DNA from: Fistulifera solaris
Taxonomy: Eukaryota
DNA length: 64,000 nucleotides
Direction of reading: 5' to 3'
Assembly: GCA_030295235.1 (NCBI GenBank)
Contig: AP026172.1
Coordinates: 372,001 to 436,000 of the forward strand
Positions within the stretch are counted from its first letter, which is position 1. Each line of letters opens with the position of its first letter. Position numbers and translations under genes: made by a program. Below the pieces are notes generated by a model. It worked only from the letters and a program-made list of their open reading frames with translations. It did no database searches and was not told where the DNA came from. This document shows, in pieces, positions 1 to 10,937 of this stretch.

Positions 1-723
1 GGGTTTCTATCGAGGGTGGCTTTGGAGATTGTAGCATGGTGTTTATCTTGGTATACTTTTGTTTAATCGTCTAAATGAATGATTGCTGAAGGTGATGAGA
101 CGCTTCGTATTCGCGTTACTGGTATAGAACGGTTAGGAGGTCTTTGCCGTTCCTACGAAAACTCTTGCCCTTCCGTACTGGTACCAGGTATTGCATTCTA
201 CGTGCTTCTAAGTAGGTCGGCGTTGCTGAAGATACGGGTTTTAATAAGTGACGTCCGATACGTGATACCACTACTAGAGTCTGTCAAACCAAAGAACACG
301 ATGGTGAATTGATGAAATGGTGACATCCTTGTTCAAGCTGACGCCTACAATCAAGAGCTACATTCTTCTTTCGGTTTTTCTCCACGCACTTTTTAGTTTT
401 AGCGTTTGCGGTTCTGCGGGTTTCGGTTTCTTGGATTTTCTGTTTTCTGTCTTCCGTGGCGGACCACGGAACTTTTGCGAGAAATAAATAAATATTCTAC
501 TCCGTGTCCTTGTAGTTCGAAATCCATCGCGCAATTCTTCCACGTTGCAGTGAGCCAGATACCGGAGCGAATGAATACCTGAAAGGCGGACTGATGGACT
601 GACGCTTACGAATGTTTGCGCACGAGATGTTGACGAAAATGACGACATTCGATCCCGAATGAATAAGTAGACCTTGATATCACATTTCGAGTACAGAAGA
701 GAATTATGACTTTCTCGTATGAC

Positions 724-750
724 CTGTCGTCTGTCGTCTGTCGTCTGTCG
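724..750. repeat. (CTGTCGT)n short tandem repeat
   Basis: About 4 copies of ctgtcgt. Confidence 0.8.
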
Positions 751-1361
751 CTGAACGCTGAAGTCGTACATGTCGTTCAAGATTCAAGACTCAAGACTGA
801 ACATGTACTGACCACAGGAAGCTGTTTGGGTTTAGGGACTTTTAAGGAACGATACAACAGTACATCTTTGACTATAAGTCTCGAGTCACGAACGAGTACT
901 CTATTGTGGAATAATTATGGCCAAAGAACAAGCAGGGTTGATGGGGGCGATTGGTTGGCTGTTGGCTGGTTGACGGTTACAGGAACCGTGAACGTTCCCA
1001 TTGACATTTCTCTACTTTTATGAGACGAATGACAAAAATTTACGTTTACTATGTACGATGTAAAATGCAAAATGTCAATGATCTTGAGAAGGGAGAAAGA
1101 AGAAAGCCCTTTCGTCTTTCATTCTCGCACTTCACGTCTCGCTGCCCACAGCCTGTTCCCGGACTTTTTCCAGTAATGCGCTGCTTCCTATCGGTCATCC
1201 ATTTTATTTTCTCCCCCAAAACATTCATTTTCTAGTTTCAAGTTTTTCTGGTTAAATCAATTTAACCAAGCTATGGCTCCTTTACTGAGATATAATTCTT
1301 TCGAAAGCTACAATGGAACTGTACACAATGATACGTTCAGCAGCGAAAGATTCGCCGCCCC

Positions 1362-2006
1362 ATGAAATCGCAGCTGGAAGCGATTGTGCCGATTTTATGC
1401 ACGCTCACAAAGAAACGCGTTCGCTTCAATGAGCACCTAAATGTAACATTTGACCCAGTGAATCCCTATTATACAGACGACGATATTGCAACAAAATGGT
1501 GGGGCGAAAAGACTTTATTGGAAGTACGGCAAAGGGCGAGAAAGCTCAGCACTTCACTTCGACAGTCCTCACGAAGTCACGATTGCGACCTTACGATGGC
1601 ACACCGAAAAATCACGTTGATTCTAAAAAGGGATTTCAATTCATTGTTAAAACTGACAAGAACTTCTCCGGATCAAGATCTTTCCTCCTGGTGTTCTCAC
1701 GACGACGGTCGGCGGGGGTTGGAACGTTTTACGTCAAAAGTGTATGCCAGTTTTCGAAAGCGAGACGTGGCCGGAACGGTCTCTGCGGTTCTAGAAGAAC
1801 AGCAACGTCAATCTCTCTCTCATTTCAAGGACCCCGAATTGATAGCGCAGGCTTCCAGAAGAGTATCGCAAAGGTCAAGGTCACTGGCAAACTTCTTTGG
1901 TGCAGCGGATGCAAAGCAAGCGTTGTCGAAAAGAGTTAAAGAACCCACGCGCACTGCACCTGCTCGGAAGAAGAGTAAAATTTGTGAAGAAAGTAGCATA
2001 TTCTGA
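1362..2006 (+). CDS. Hypothetical protein of a type common in diatoms (KRVRF ... WW ... RGLE motifs)
   Basis: 214-aa ORF with KKRVRF, DIATKWW, RRGLERF and VLEEQQRQ motifs. An upstream ATG at 1273 in another frame may be the true start if there is a frameshift near 1357-1361. Confidence 0.6.
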   Translation: MKSQLEAIVPILCTLTKKRVRFNEHLNVTFDPVNPYYTDDDIATKWWGEKTLLEVRQRARKLSTSLRQSSRSHDCDLTMAHRKITLILKRDFNSLLKLTRTSPDQDLSSWCSHDDGRRGLERFTSKVYASFRKRDVAGTVSAVLEEQQRQSLSHFKDPELIAQASRRVSQRSRSLANFFGAADAKQALSKRVKEPTRTAPARKKSKICEESSIF

Positions 2007-2500
2007 TAATTTGGTAAAGCTAAACCTACATTTTACTTCGACCATTGCCTGTGCTTCAAGGAATTTGACGCGTAGATCAAGGTGCTTTGCTGCTTTTATG
2101 GATGGAGCTCATGCTGCGTGCGCTCGGCCAGAACTATCAAGGTGAAGTAGATCAAAGTTTGCCATTTTGTTAATGTTGTCGCTCGACTACATTAAAAGTA
2201 TTATTTTTGGTAAGTTAGTTTTACAGAGTTTTATAACATCTATGGTGGTTTGACGGCACGTCTAAAGGTTCAAAGAGAACATGTTTGCGTCAGATAAGGA
2301 CCCTTGCAAGCACAGAGACAAAGATATAAGGGCTGTGATCGACGATTTCACTCTTCCAGGACCTTTGGCACAATTTATCAAAGACAAACTCCTTTCGGAG
2401 GTTTCAAAATTGTATTCGGCGGACTTCCTTTTCAAGAAATTCCTCCATAAGGATCTGGTACAAGTTCAGCGTATTACGTGGTCTTACCTTGACTTCGCAA

Positions 2501-3885
2501 TTAATTTGCCTCGTTTGGCTTGCGGGCGACGAATCGAGAACACCTGTATTGCAAGCTCACCATCGAACGCCGATCGGATGTATACAGGGCCGGATGGCCG
2601 CACGACGACTCTAATATTTCAAAACCGATGTTTTTCAAAATCTCCATCATATCATCCAGCGATAGATCAATTGATGTGAGATACTTTGAGTCGAGATGGC
2701 TTAATCGTTGGTAATAATCGTCCACAGATTGATCGTCGGGTCTCATCGCAGGACCCGACCAGTGCCACAATAAAGGGCCAAAGTGGAAAAGAACGCCCCC
2801 GGGCTTCAGCATACGATATATGACGAGTAGGTACTCCACCACATTCGGACTTGCATCTAAGAAAAAGCATGCGACTACCCCATCCCACTGTCCTGCTTCT
2901 CTGTCGTCGCTATAAATCGAGACGAAATCGCCAGCTGCCATACTAAACCCTGTTGACGTCTCCGCGCTACTATCTTCTTCGGTTTCATTGACTTTCCTTC
3001 TTTTTCAGTTTCGCTTAATGGATTGTCGGTTTCCATTTCATTATCCAAGTTTTTGCGAAGAGGGTGCGAGCCTTCTCCCCCTTTTTTCATGATCATCTTA
3101 TACGGATCGACGTCTGGGATGTGAACTACTCTTACTGGATCGTCTACAGAGTGCACATTACGACTCTCCAGGAGGTAAGGAGAGATGGCCAGCGGAGTCG
3201 ACGGCTGCAACGGCCCGTTCAGAATGTAGTCCGAAGCCAATAACATGTGCAATGAAAACTCGTTGCCTTGAACTGCGTACCCAGACGCTGCTAATTCGCA
3301 AGCGAGCCTCCCCACTCCGGCACCAGGAACGCATAATCGCAATGATCTGTTGTTCAACGGCAGGTACTTTTGTACCATCTGTAGGAGCGCGGCATACGCC
3401 ATATCTCGCTCAACCTTACCTTCAATAGACCAGTCGCGAGCTAAACTTTTGAGCACCGATGATACTTTGGACATCTGCGCATCGGTCGAAAATTGCTGGT
3501 GTGCCATTTGTTGTGAATGAGGCTGACCTGCGTGCCGAAGGATGCAGTCGAGACAGAACTGATTTCGAATCGCCGCATCCTTATACGCATTTGCACGCTC
3601 TTGAAATTCATTCGTTTCTTGTCGTAGTCCTGCAGGTAGCAAGTTTCGTTGCGCCTCGGGTAACGAATGCAAACGATATTGGCTGTTAACCCATTGCTGC
3701 ATAGCAAATGTCGCGTATTGACGATACGCGCGGCATACATCTTCAAAGTGATTGTGTTCCTCGCGATCGTCTTCCATATAGGTCTGGTAGGCCTGAGACA
3801 GCGAATGAAACGGCCTCGCTGCTATCGGTGATTCATTGGAAAGCGATGCCTGTGTAGAGCTAGGAATTTGATTCGGTAAACTCAT
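2501..3885 (-). CDS. CARNMT1: Carnosine N-methyltransferase (N2227-like, class I SAM-dependent)
   Basis: Motifs LARDWS.EG..ER, VPGAGVGRL, QGNEFS, MAAGDF, CFFLD, LKPGG..GPLLWH. Split over ORFs 2875..3957 and 2501..2941 by a frameshift in the homopolymer near 3001-3005. Start MSLPN at 3885. Confidence 0.9.
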
Positions 3886-4555
3886 GGCGTTGACGAGGAA
3901 AACGTGACTAGCAAAGCAACAAACAAAGGAGTGTGAGATTCTATCAGGACGCCTCATCGGTAAGGAAGCACAAACCGCGAGTGTCAGACAAGACTCTCAA
4001 AGCTTTAATTTTCCAGAGGAATCGGCCTCAGTCAGCGGTAGGTGGATAGAACGCTGATCAAGTTTTGACAGTCTCTGGGAGGGTGAAATCTGGAAAAGTG
4101 AAAATCGCGAAAAAACGACACTAACCTTTAACGCTCGAGAACGGAAGCTATTGAGAGCATCGACGACCGTGTCGTTGCTGATCTGCTATGCTCTGCATTG
4201 ATAAAACGAAAATGATTCAGGAGATTGGCTGAATGATAACACAAATAATGTGTATTTCGATCAAATTATAGTTTATGGTCTATTTGCGACGGCGGCGATC
4301 TTTTTCGAGTGGCTCTGGCTGCTGCTCTAGGTGTCATAAGTCATGGTACGACATCGTCCCCTTCATTGCTAAATTATTCATTCCAGTTATACCTGCTAAA
4401 GCTACGGAGTACTAAACAAGTAAATTTATCCTCGAGAGTGGGAACAACGAAAGATCAATGATAAACTAAAAATTCTTAGATCATAACCAATGTTTTCTTT
4501 TATTTGCTACTGGAATCCTATAACCGAGTAGAGTGACGAGAAAAGTTACAGGTTG

Positions 4556-7500
4556 CTAATAGGGCAACTCGTAAGAAGCGACGTAGTTGGGAAAGGCAAG
4601 CGGCGCACTCGCAGCAATGCGTCTACCGTCAGCAGACATGGCCGTTGCGTACCCAAACCAGCTCTCACCAATGAGGTCATCTCCAAGAATAGATCCTCCA
4701 ACCTGCTGCCAAGCACCGTCAAGCCATTCAAAGATACGTACATTTCCGCGGAAAAGACTGGTGTCCTCTCCCAACGAAGTGGCGTCGCGGTAGCCGGTAT
4801 TCCCATAGACAATCTTTGTTCCGTAATCCGACATGGCAACAGAGGTATCGTAAGCGAAGAAAAAGCAACAATTATCAAAATCCTCCACATCCTCGCCCAT
4901 TTGAGTCCATGAACTAGTCTCAGGTATCCACTCGAGTACCTTAAAGTAGCCAATGCCAGAGTCACGGCGTTTGTTTGTGACCACAACCCGGCTTCCACTA
5001 GCAGACAAAGCAAGCGTATTCGTGGACGAAGTTGCAACGGTACTCTCAACGACAATATTACCACCCATTTGCACCCAAGATCCAAATGCGTCTTGCTCGA
5101 ACACCTGGTAGTAGGGATCTGTATCTGTGGTTCCTTGAGAAAAAGCCGCGACTCTCAAACCGTTCCGAGAAATAGCAACTGCCTGACCGAGCTGGCTACC
5201 CGGCTGTGAGCCTGTGATGACACTTCCGACTTGCGCCCATTCTCCGCCGTTCACAAAGTCAAACACTTGCACAATGCCTCGTTTAGAACCATAATCAATG
5301 TCGTTGCATCGAGCGTCGCCGGATCCAGCCACGTCTGGGGTACCAATCACCCAACGGTTACCGTCTCCCGATAAAGCAGTAGACCATCCCAGAGAACGGC
5401 ATTGAGTACCCACAATACTTTGCCCTTTTGAACCCACCTTCCGTTTTCGTACATGTTCACTTGAGCACGACCAGCAAGCGGGTTAGAAAGCCCATTGATG
5501 TCGGGCACGCTGCGACTGTAACCAGAACCACCTGCCACGGTCATTCCGTCGGCGGATATCGCGACAGAGCTTCCAAAGCGAACGCTTCCTTCTCCGATAG
5601 TATCAAAGATTTCTCCGCCCACGTCATCCCACACTGATGCTGTCTCGTTGTAACGGTAAACACCTATGTGACCGGGAGCGTTGCCAGGTGTTCCAATCGC
5701 GATTACCGATCCATCAGCAGACATTGCCATATCAGTCCCGAGCAAACCTTCCCACAACGGTACAATCGGCTGGCCGACTTGGAGCCATCGTTGGCCTGGT
5801 GTACCTGAATGCAGCGTAGGAATGGACGATGTGGACCAGCTAGGAGCAAGGACGTCGCTACTAGGAATTGCTGTTGGGTCGGCCGTGTGACTCGCTACAG
5901 GCTCTGTCGGGGCATCAGACGGAGAAAGACTTGGGAAATCACTAAAGACATGTCCACCAGAGGGTTGCACACTTTTCGGAGCCAGACTGGGAAAGTCGCT
6001 CGGTAAATCCGGCGTGGGTCTGGGCGTTGCGGCAGGGGCGCGTGTCATGGACATGCTCAGGTAATGTTCATCGCTCAGGACACGGCCGTATTCGGAATCA
6101 AAGACGCTGGTATCTTCAAGAGAAAATTCGATCTTCTCGGAATCAGTCACGGTAAGCAATGTTCGAGATCTTTGACGACGCAAAAATGATCCAGCACTGG
6201 GAACTGACGACGGGGACGAGCTCGGCGCCAGTGCATCGGTTGCAGGAATCTGAACAGGAAACGAGCTCGGCGACGAACTTGGAGCGAGCGCGTCACTGGC
6301 CGGAATTGCAGAAGGAGAGGAACTAGGTGCAAGGGCATCACTGGCTGGAATCTCTGTCGGGTTTGAGCTTGGGACAAGGGTGTGACTTCCAGTTGGCTTT
6401 GTCGGACTAGGAGATGCCACCGAGTAAGTCGGCAACGAACTCGGTGCGGCTGTATGAGACACGACGGCTACCGACGGCGACTCTGACGGTGATAAACTTG
6501 GGAAATCACTTGTAATGACAGTGTCAGACGGCTCCGCGCTTCGCGGAAGCAAGCTCGGGATGTCGCTGGGAAGAACTTTTGTCGGCTCCGAAGTAGGTGC
6601 AACAGGAGCGTTCGTCATCGACATACTAGAAAAGTATACATCGGTCAACATGCGACCATATTCCAAGTCAAAAACATTCGTTTTTTCAAACGACCCTGCT
6701 GCTTTGTCAGCATCATGAAGGGTCAACAGTGATCGCGATCGTTGACGACGCAAGAGCAATCCAGCGCTCGGAGCTGATGACGGAGACAAGCTCGGAGCAA
6801 GCGCATCACTGGCTGGAATCTCCGTGGGTCGGGAACTAGGCGATGAACTCGGAGCAAGTGCATCACTGGCAGGAATCTCCGTCGGGGCCAAGCTGAAAGA
6901 AGCGCTCGGGGTATCACTGACCAGAACCACCGTAGGCGACGAGCTTGGCGCAAGCACATCGCTGGCAGGAATTTCAGAAGGGAAGGAACTTGGCGACGAG
7001 CTTGGAGCGAGCACATCACTATCTGGAATCTCCGTTGGGGCTGAACTGAAAGAAGCGCTTGGAGCATCACTGGCTAGAATGACCGTGGGCAACGAGCTTG
7101 GAGAAGAACTCGGAGCAAGGACATCGGGTATATCTGTCGGAGCCGCGCTGAGAGAAATGCTCGGAGCATTGCTGGCGGAGATCTCCGTCGGATTTGAGCT
7201 GGGAAAAGAACTGGGAGCAAGTGCATCACTGTCGGGAATCTCTGTCGGGGCAACGGATCCTACCGTCGGCAAGGCACTCGGTGTCAAACTCGGAGCATCG
7301 GAGAGTGCCTGCCCGGTCGGAACGAAGCTTGGGAAGAGTGTGTGACTGACTGCAGTAGGACTTGGAGATACAGCCTCCATGGGAGAGGAACTGGGGAAGA
7401 GCGTATGAACGACGGCCGACTTGGTAGGACTCGGGGAAGCTGCGACTTCAGTCGGGACGCTCGAAGGAGCCAAGCTCGGGAAATCACTGACAATGACATT

Positions 7501-7797
7501 GCCGGACGGTTCCGCGCTTCGTGGCAGCAAGCTCGGAATGTCGCTGGGAAGAACTCGCGACGGTTCCGGCGTTGGGAATCCGACAGGGGCGGTCGTCATG
7601 GACATGCTCAGGGAATACTCGTAGCGCAACATGCGACCATACCCCGCGTCGAAAATATCTTCATGAGGAACTTCTGCGCGAGGTTCCTCTTCAACCTGCA
7701 CCAAAGAACGAGATCTCTGTCGACGCATGGGGTCAACAGAGACAACCGAGACAAGAAGGATGCACGAGAGTGCGGCGACGAAGTAGCGTGCCATCAT
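4556..7797 (-). CDS. Secreted Ser/Pro/Thr-rich repeat protein with a C-terminal FG-GAP-like beta-propeller
   Basis: Signal peptide MMARYFVAALSCILLVSVVS, many APSSSPS/SDAPS repeats, then blade repeats (W.QVG..I.G, G..VAISADG..VA.G). Frameshift near 5423-5429 joins ORFs 5347..7797 and 4556..5437. Confidence 0.8.
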
Positions 7798-8218
7798 GAT
7801 GATGATGAAGCAATAAATTTATGAGGATGAATGATGCCCCATTCTGGGCCGTCTGCGCGGTTAATTCCTCCATTCTGCAATACTTGCTCTTCTTAAAGAT
7901 TTGAATGTAAACAAAAGTCTGTCTTAAGTTGTTTAAGGGAAACGGTTTGATTTGCAAAGTATGCTCGATCAAACACAAAGAATGCTTTTTTGCAACGGTG
8001 TAAACGTTCTTTTGCAACGGATGCAATGAGTACCGCTTGGAGTACCAAAAAGACAAATATATAGGGCACCTCCACCGGGACTGACTGCAGACTCGGGACT
8101 CGCAAATTATCGGTTGACAATCGACAAAAAGAAAGAAAGGGTCAATTAACATCGCAACAACCACCCAATTATTTCAACTATATTATTCATAAACTCCTTT
8201 GCCAGTGATAATAGTCAA

Positions 8219-10156
8219 ATGACCGACTCGGGGAACGATCCCGTCATACGTCGTCGCCCCGTACGCAGCTTGCGTTGTCGAAATGGTCTCATCCGATTCG
8301 CCAACAACAGGACCAGTCAAAATGGTGAAGACGGCATAATCGAGCGTCTATTTGAATTGCTTCCCAATGGCTCCCATACCAGCTGGTGTGTCGATGTAGG
8401 GGCGTGGGATGGAGTACATCTCAGTAATACCCATTCTCTGTTGGTGGGAACGCCGACACGAAAATGGAAGGGGGTGCTCATTGAAGCGGACGTTCACAAA
8501 TATGAAGAGCTCATTGCCTTACATCAAACCCTAGGGAATATATGTTTACGAGAAGAAGTTTCCGGTCTGGAAAATAATCCCCGGTCGCTGACAAATCTTC
8601 TGCGATCAAGTACGATGAGTGGGAACGAGGTGCCTCGACACTTTGAATTTCTGTGTATTGATATTGACGGGGCAGACTATTGGGTATGGCATGATTTATT
8701 GATGGAAGGTACATATCGATCAAAAGTCGTATGTATTGAATTCAATCCTACCATGCCCGATGACTTGATCTTCATTCCTTGTCGGAGCGATAAAGTGCGA
8801 CAAGGAGCCAGTTTGTCGGCCCTCGTCGAGCTCGCCAATCGCTTTGATTACGTACTGGTCGAAACGACTCTATACAATGCATTCTTCGTAGAAACACAAC
8901 TTTACAATGCATATCTCAAAGAGGAAATACCGGATACTTCCATCGAAGCGCTTCACAACATTACCATGGGGACGTCTCTTTATCAACTATACGATGGAAC
9001 TTTGAAACTTTGGGGCTGCAAAAAACTACTGTGGCACCGAATACCCTTGGATGAAAGCAAATTACAAATGGTTGCCTCAGGTCAGAGATCATTTCCTTTT
9101 GAACCGAACGTACACATAGATAATTTCGACTTTTCCCCGGTCGTTGACCTTGCACCTTTCGTTGCAAGGGAAGGCGTCGTTGACGACCGACGTCAAGCAA
9201 GAATACGTTGCACAGGACTGCTCATCGATCAACTGAAGAAAGACGGTTTCTGCTACGTCAGGGGACTTGGATTGTCGCAGCAAATATGCCAGGACGCTCT
9301 CATGCAAACGAATGCTCTTTTACAAGATGCTAGTGAGGATGTTCGACGATTGTGCTTGACCAAAGACCGTGCGAGACGAGGGTATAGCCCCATGAATGTG
9401 GAAAACTTTGCTTCGTTGGTAGGTGAGAATGGGCCGAATGATCTCGTTAAAAAGTACCGAATTGGGCCACTAGATCCGAAACACTCGGGTCCACTTTTAC
9501 AGCCCAATATTTGGCCGCCCGAAGATCAATGGCAGAATGCGGCATCCTTCCGACAGACCATGGAGGGATTTTACAGTAAAATGTGCAGTGCTGGGGCCAT
9601 GATAGTAGACGCAATATGCGAAGGCTTGGTGGATGAAATACCGGAAATGAAGTCTGCTTTGAATCCGTTGTTGAGTAGCTCCGATGAAACGGAATCGAAC
9701 AAGACTTCCATATTAACCCTGCTGAGCTACCAAGTGACAAGTCGCCACAAGAAAGCTCGGAAAAAACAAATGGCTCCATTGGTAGCTGCTCACACGGACG
9801 TAGGAGTGATCACAATTCTCTTGTTTGACCACGGCGATTGTGCTACGCTGCAGCGAAGTAACGGTAAAGGGGGATGGGTTGATGTCAGACTACCCAAATC
9901 AATGACCGGCGATCCTGTTTTTGTGGTAAATATGGCCGATTGTTTTTCAGACCTAACGGGAGGACGTGTCCCGTCAACACTCCATCGTGTTGTTGCCAGT
10001 GATGGGACTCATCCTCGAAACTGTTGTGCGTTATTTGTGGGTCTCGAGGCGAACACAATACTTCAGGTAGATGGAAAGTCCATGACATACGAGGAATGGA
10101 GAAGAGATCGAATACAGAAAGCTCAAAATGTGCTTCAAATGAAGGCGAAAGAATAA
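8219..10156 (+). CDS. Fusion of an FkbM-like SAM methyltransferase and a 2OG-Fe(II) dioxygenase
   Basis: N-terminal half: SQNGEDGIIE, VDVGAWDG..LSNT, GVLIEAD, IDIDGADYWVW, VCIEFN. C-terminal half: GFCYV, RGYSP, PNIWP, AHTDVGVITIL, VVNMAD, STLHRV and a distal R. One uninterrupted 645-aa ORF. Confidence 0.8.
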   Translation: MTDSGNDPVIRRRPVRSLRCRNGLIRFANNRTSQNGEDGIIERLFELLPNGSHTSWCVDVGAWDGVHLSNTHSLLVGTPTRKWKGVLIEADVHKYEELIALHQTLGNICLREEVSGLENNPRSLTNLLRSSTMSGNEVPRHFEFLCIDIDGADYWVWHDLLMEGTYRSKVVCIEFNPTMPDDLIFIPCRSDKVRQGASLSALVELANRFDYVLVETTLYNAFFVETQLYNAYLKEEIPDTSIEALHNITMGTSLYQLYDGTLKLWGCKKLLWHRIPLDESKLQMVASGQRSFPFEPNVHIDNFDFSPVVDLAPFVAREGVVDDRRQARIRCTGLLIDQLKKDGFCYVRGLGLSQQICQDALMQTNALLQDASEDVRRLCLTKDRARRGYSPMNVENFASLVGENGPNDLVKKYRIGPLDPKHSGPLLQPNIWPPEDQWQNAASFRQTMEGFYSKMCSAGAMIVDAICEGLVDEIPEMKSALNPLLSSSDETESNKTSILTLLSYQVTSRHKKARKKQMAPLVAAHTDVGVITILLFDHGDCATLQRSNGKGGWVDVRLPKSMTGDPVFVVNMADCFSDLTGGRVPSTLHRVVASDGTHPRNCCALFVGLEANTILQVDGKSMTYEEWRRDRIQKAQNVLQMKAKE

Positions 10157-10937
10157 AGAAGCACTTAAAAATGGACCCCCGCTGCCATAGGCTACAGCGC
10201 CTTTCCATGCCTGGCGACGCAGAATCTTGGCTGCTGTTTCCGCCACTCTGTAATTACTTGATCTGTACACATCGTGTGGGTCTATCACTAGCGCTCTAAT
10301 AGATGGACTCTTGGAGATGAATAATTTGACCTGGAAGAGCGGAATGAACGAATGAATCTTCATCGGCCATCCGAAAGGCGGTCGTCGTTCTTGCAAACTA
10401 TTGAAAATGCGTCCAATAGTATCTGTAAAGTGAATTTCATAACTATGAAAGGAGTGATCTTTTCAGAACATTTGGCTGGTATACGCGAATAGAAGTGACG
10501 AGAATCTCTTTTAAGAACTAAATTTTACGGAGCTGTAGTAACCTTGGTATTACATCGTACTCCGGGTATTTTGTCACGGAGAAACACAATTTTTCTCAAC
10601 GGAAAACCCATGAGCCAATTCTGTGTCGTACAGATTTTCTAAAGCTAACTACTGAACCTCATAAGATTGCCAGTATCTATTTTATAGTTGGGTGGGTACC
10701 TTACCTATTAAACTGGTAGGCATTGCCGTAGCGGTGCGCGGTGCAACTTCGGCACCCGTTGAGAAAACAAACTCAACAAGTTTCATCCAACCTTTGCTAA
10801 CGTCGAGCATCTTTAATAATTGGCTGAAGAAAGTCGTCGGATTGCAACAACGTTTCTCGTAAACAATCAGGTTACATGGCAGCAAATTCGGCCATTTCAA
10901 GACGCAATTTGCTTTCCTCGTTGCTTTGACTTTTGCA

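Noticed and set aside
79..1235. Short ORFs at the window start
   Set aside because: No recognisable motifs and they overlap simple repeats; probably intergenic.
6150..7560. Repeats as a CRISPR-like array, and long antisense ORFs such as 6824..7345
   Set aside because: These are in-frame coding repeats of the Ser/Pro-rich protein; the plus-strand ORFs are shadows of it.
2501..10156. Functional cluster: CARNMT1, the Pro-rich secreted protein and the divergent methyltransferase/dioxygenase as its modifying enzyme
   Set aside because: The fusion enzyme has no signal peptide and its oxygenase is of the small-molecule type; adjacency alone is weak evidence in a compact eukaryotic genome.
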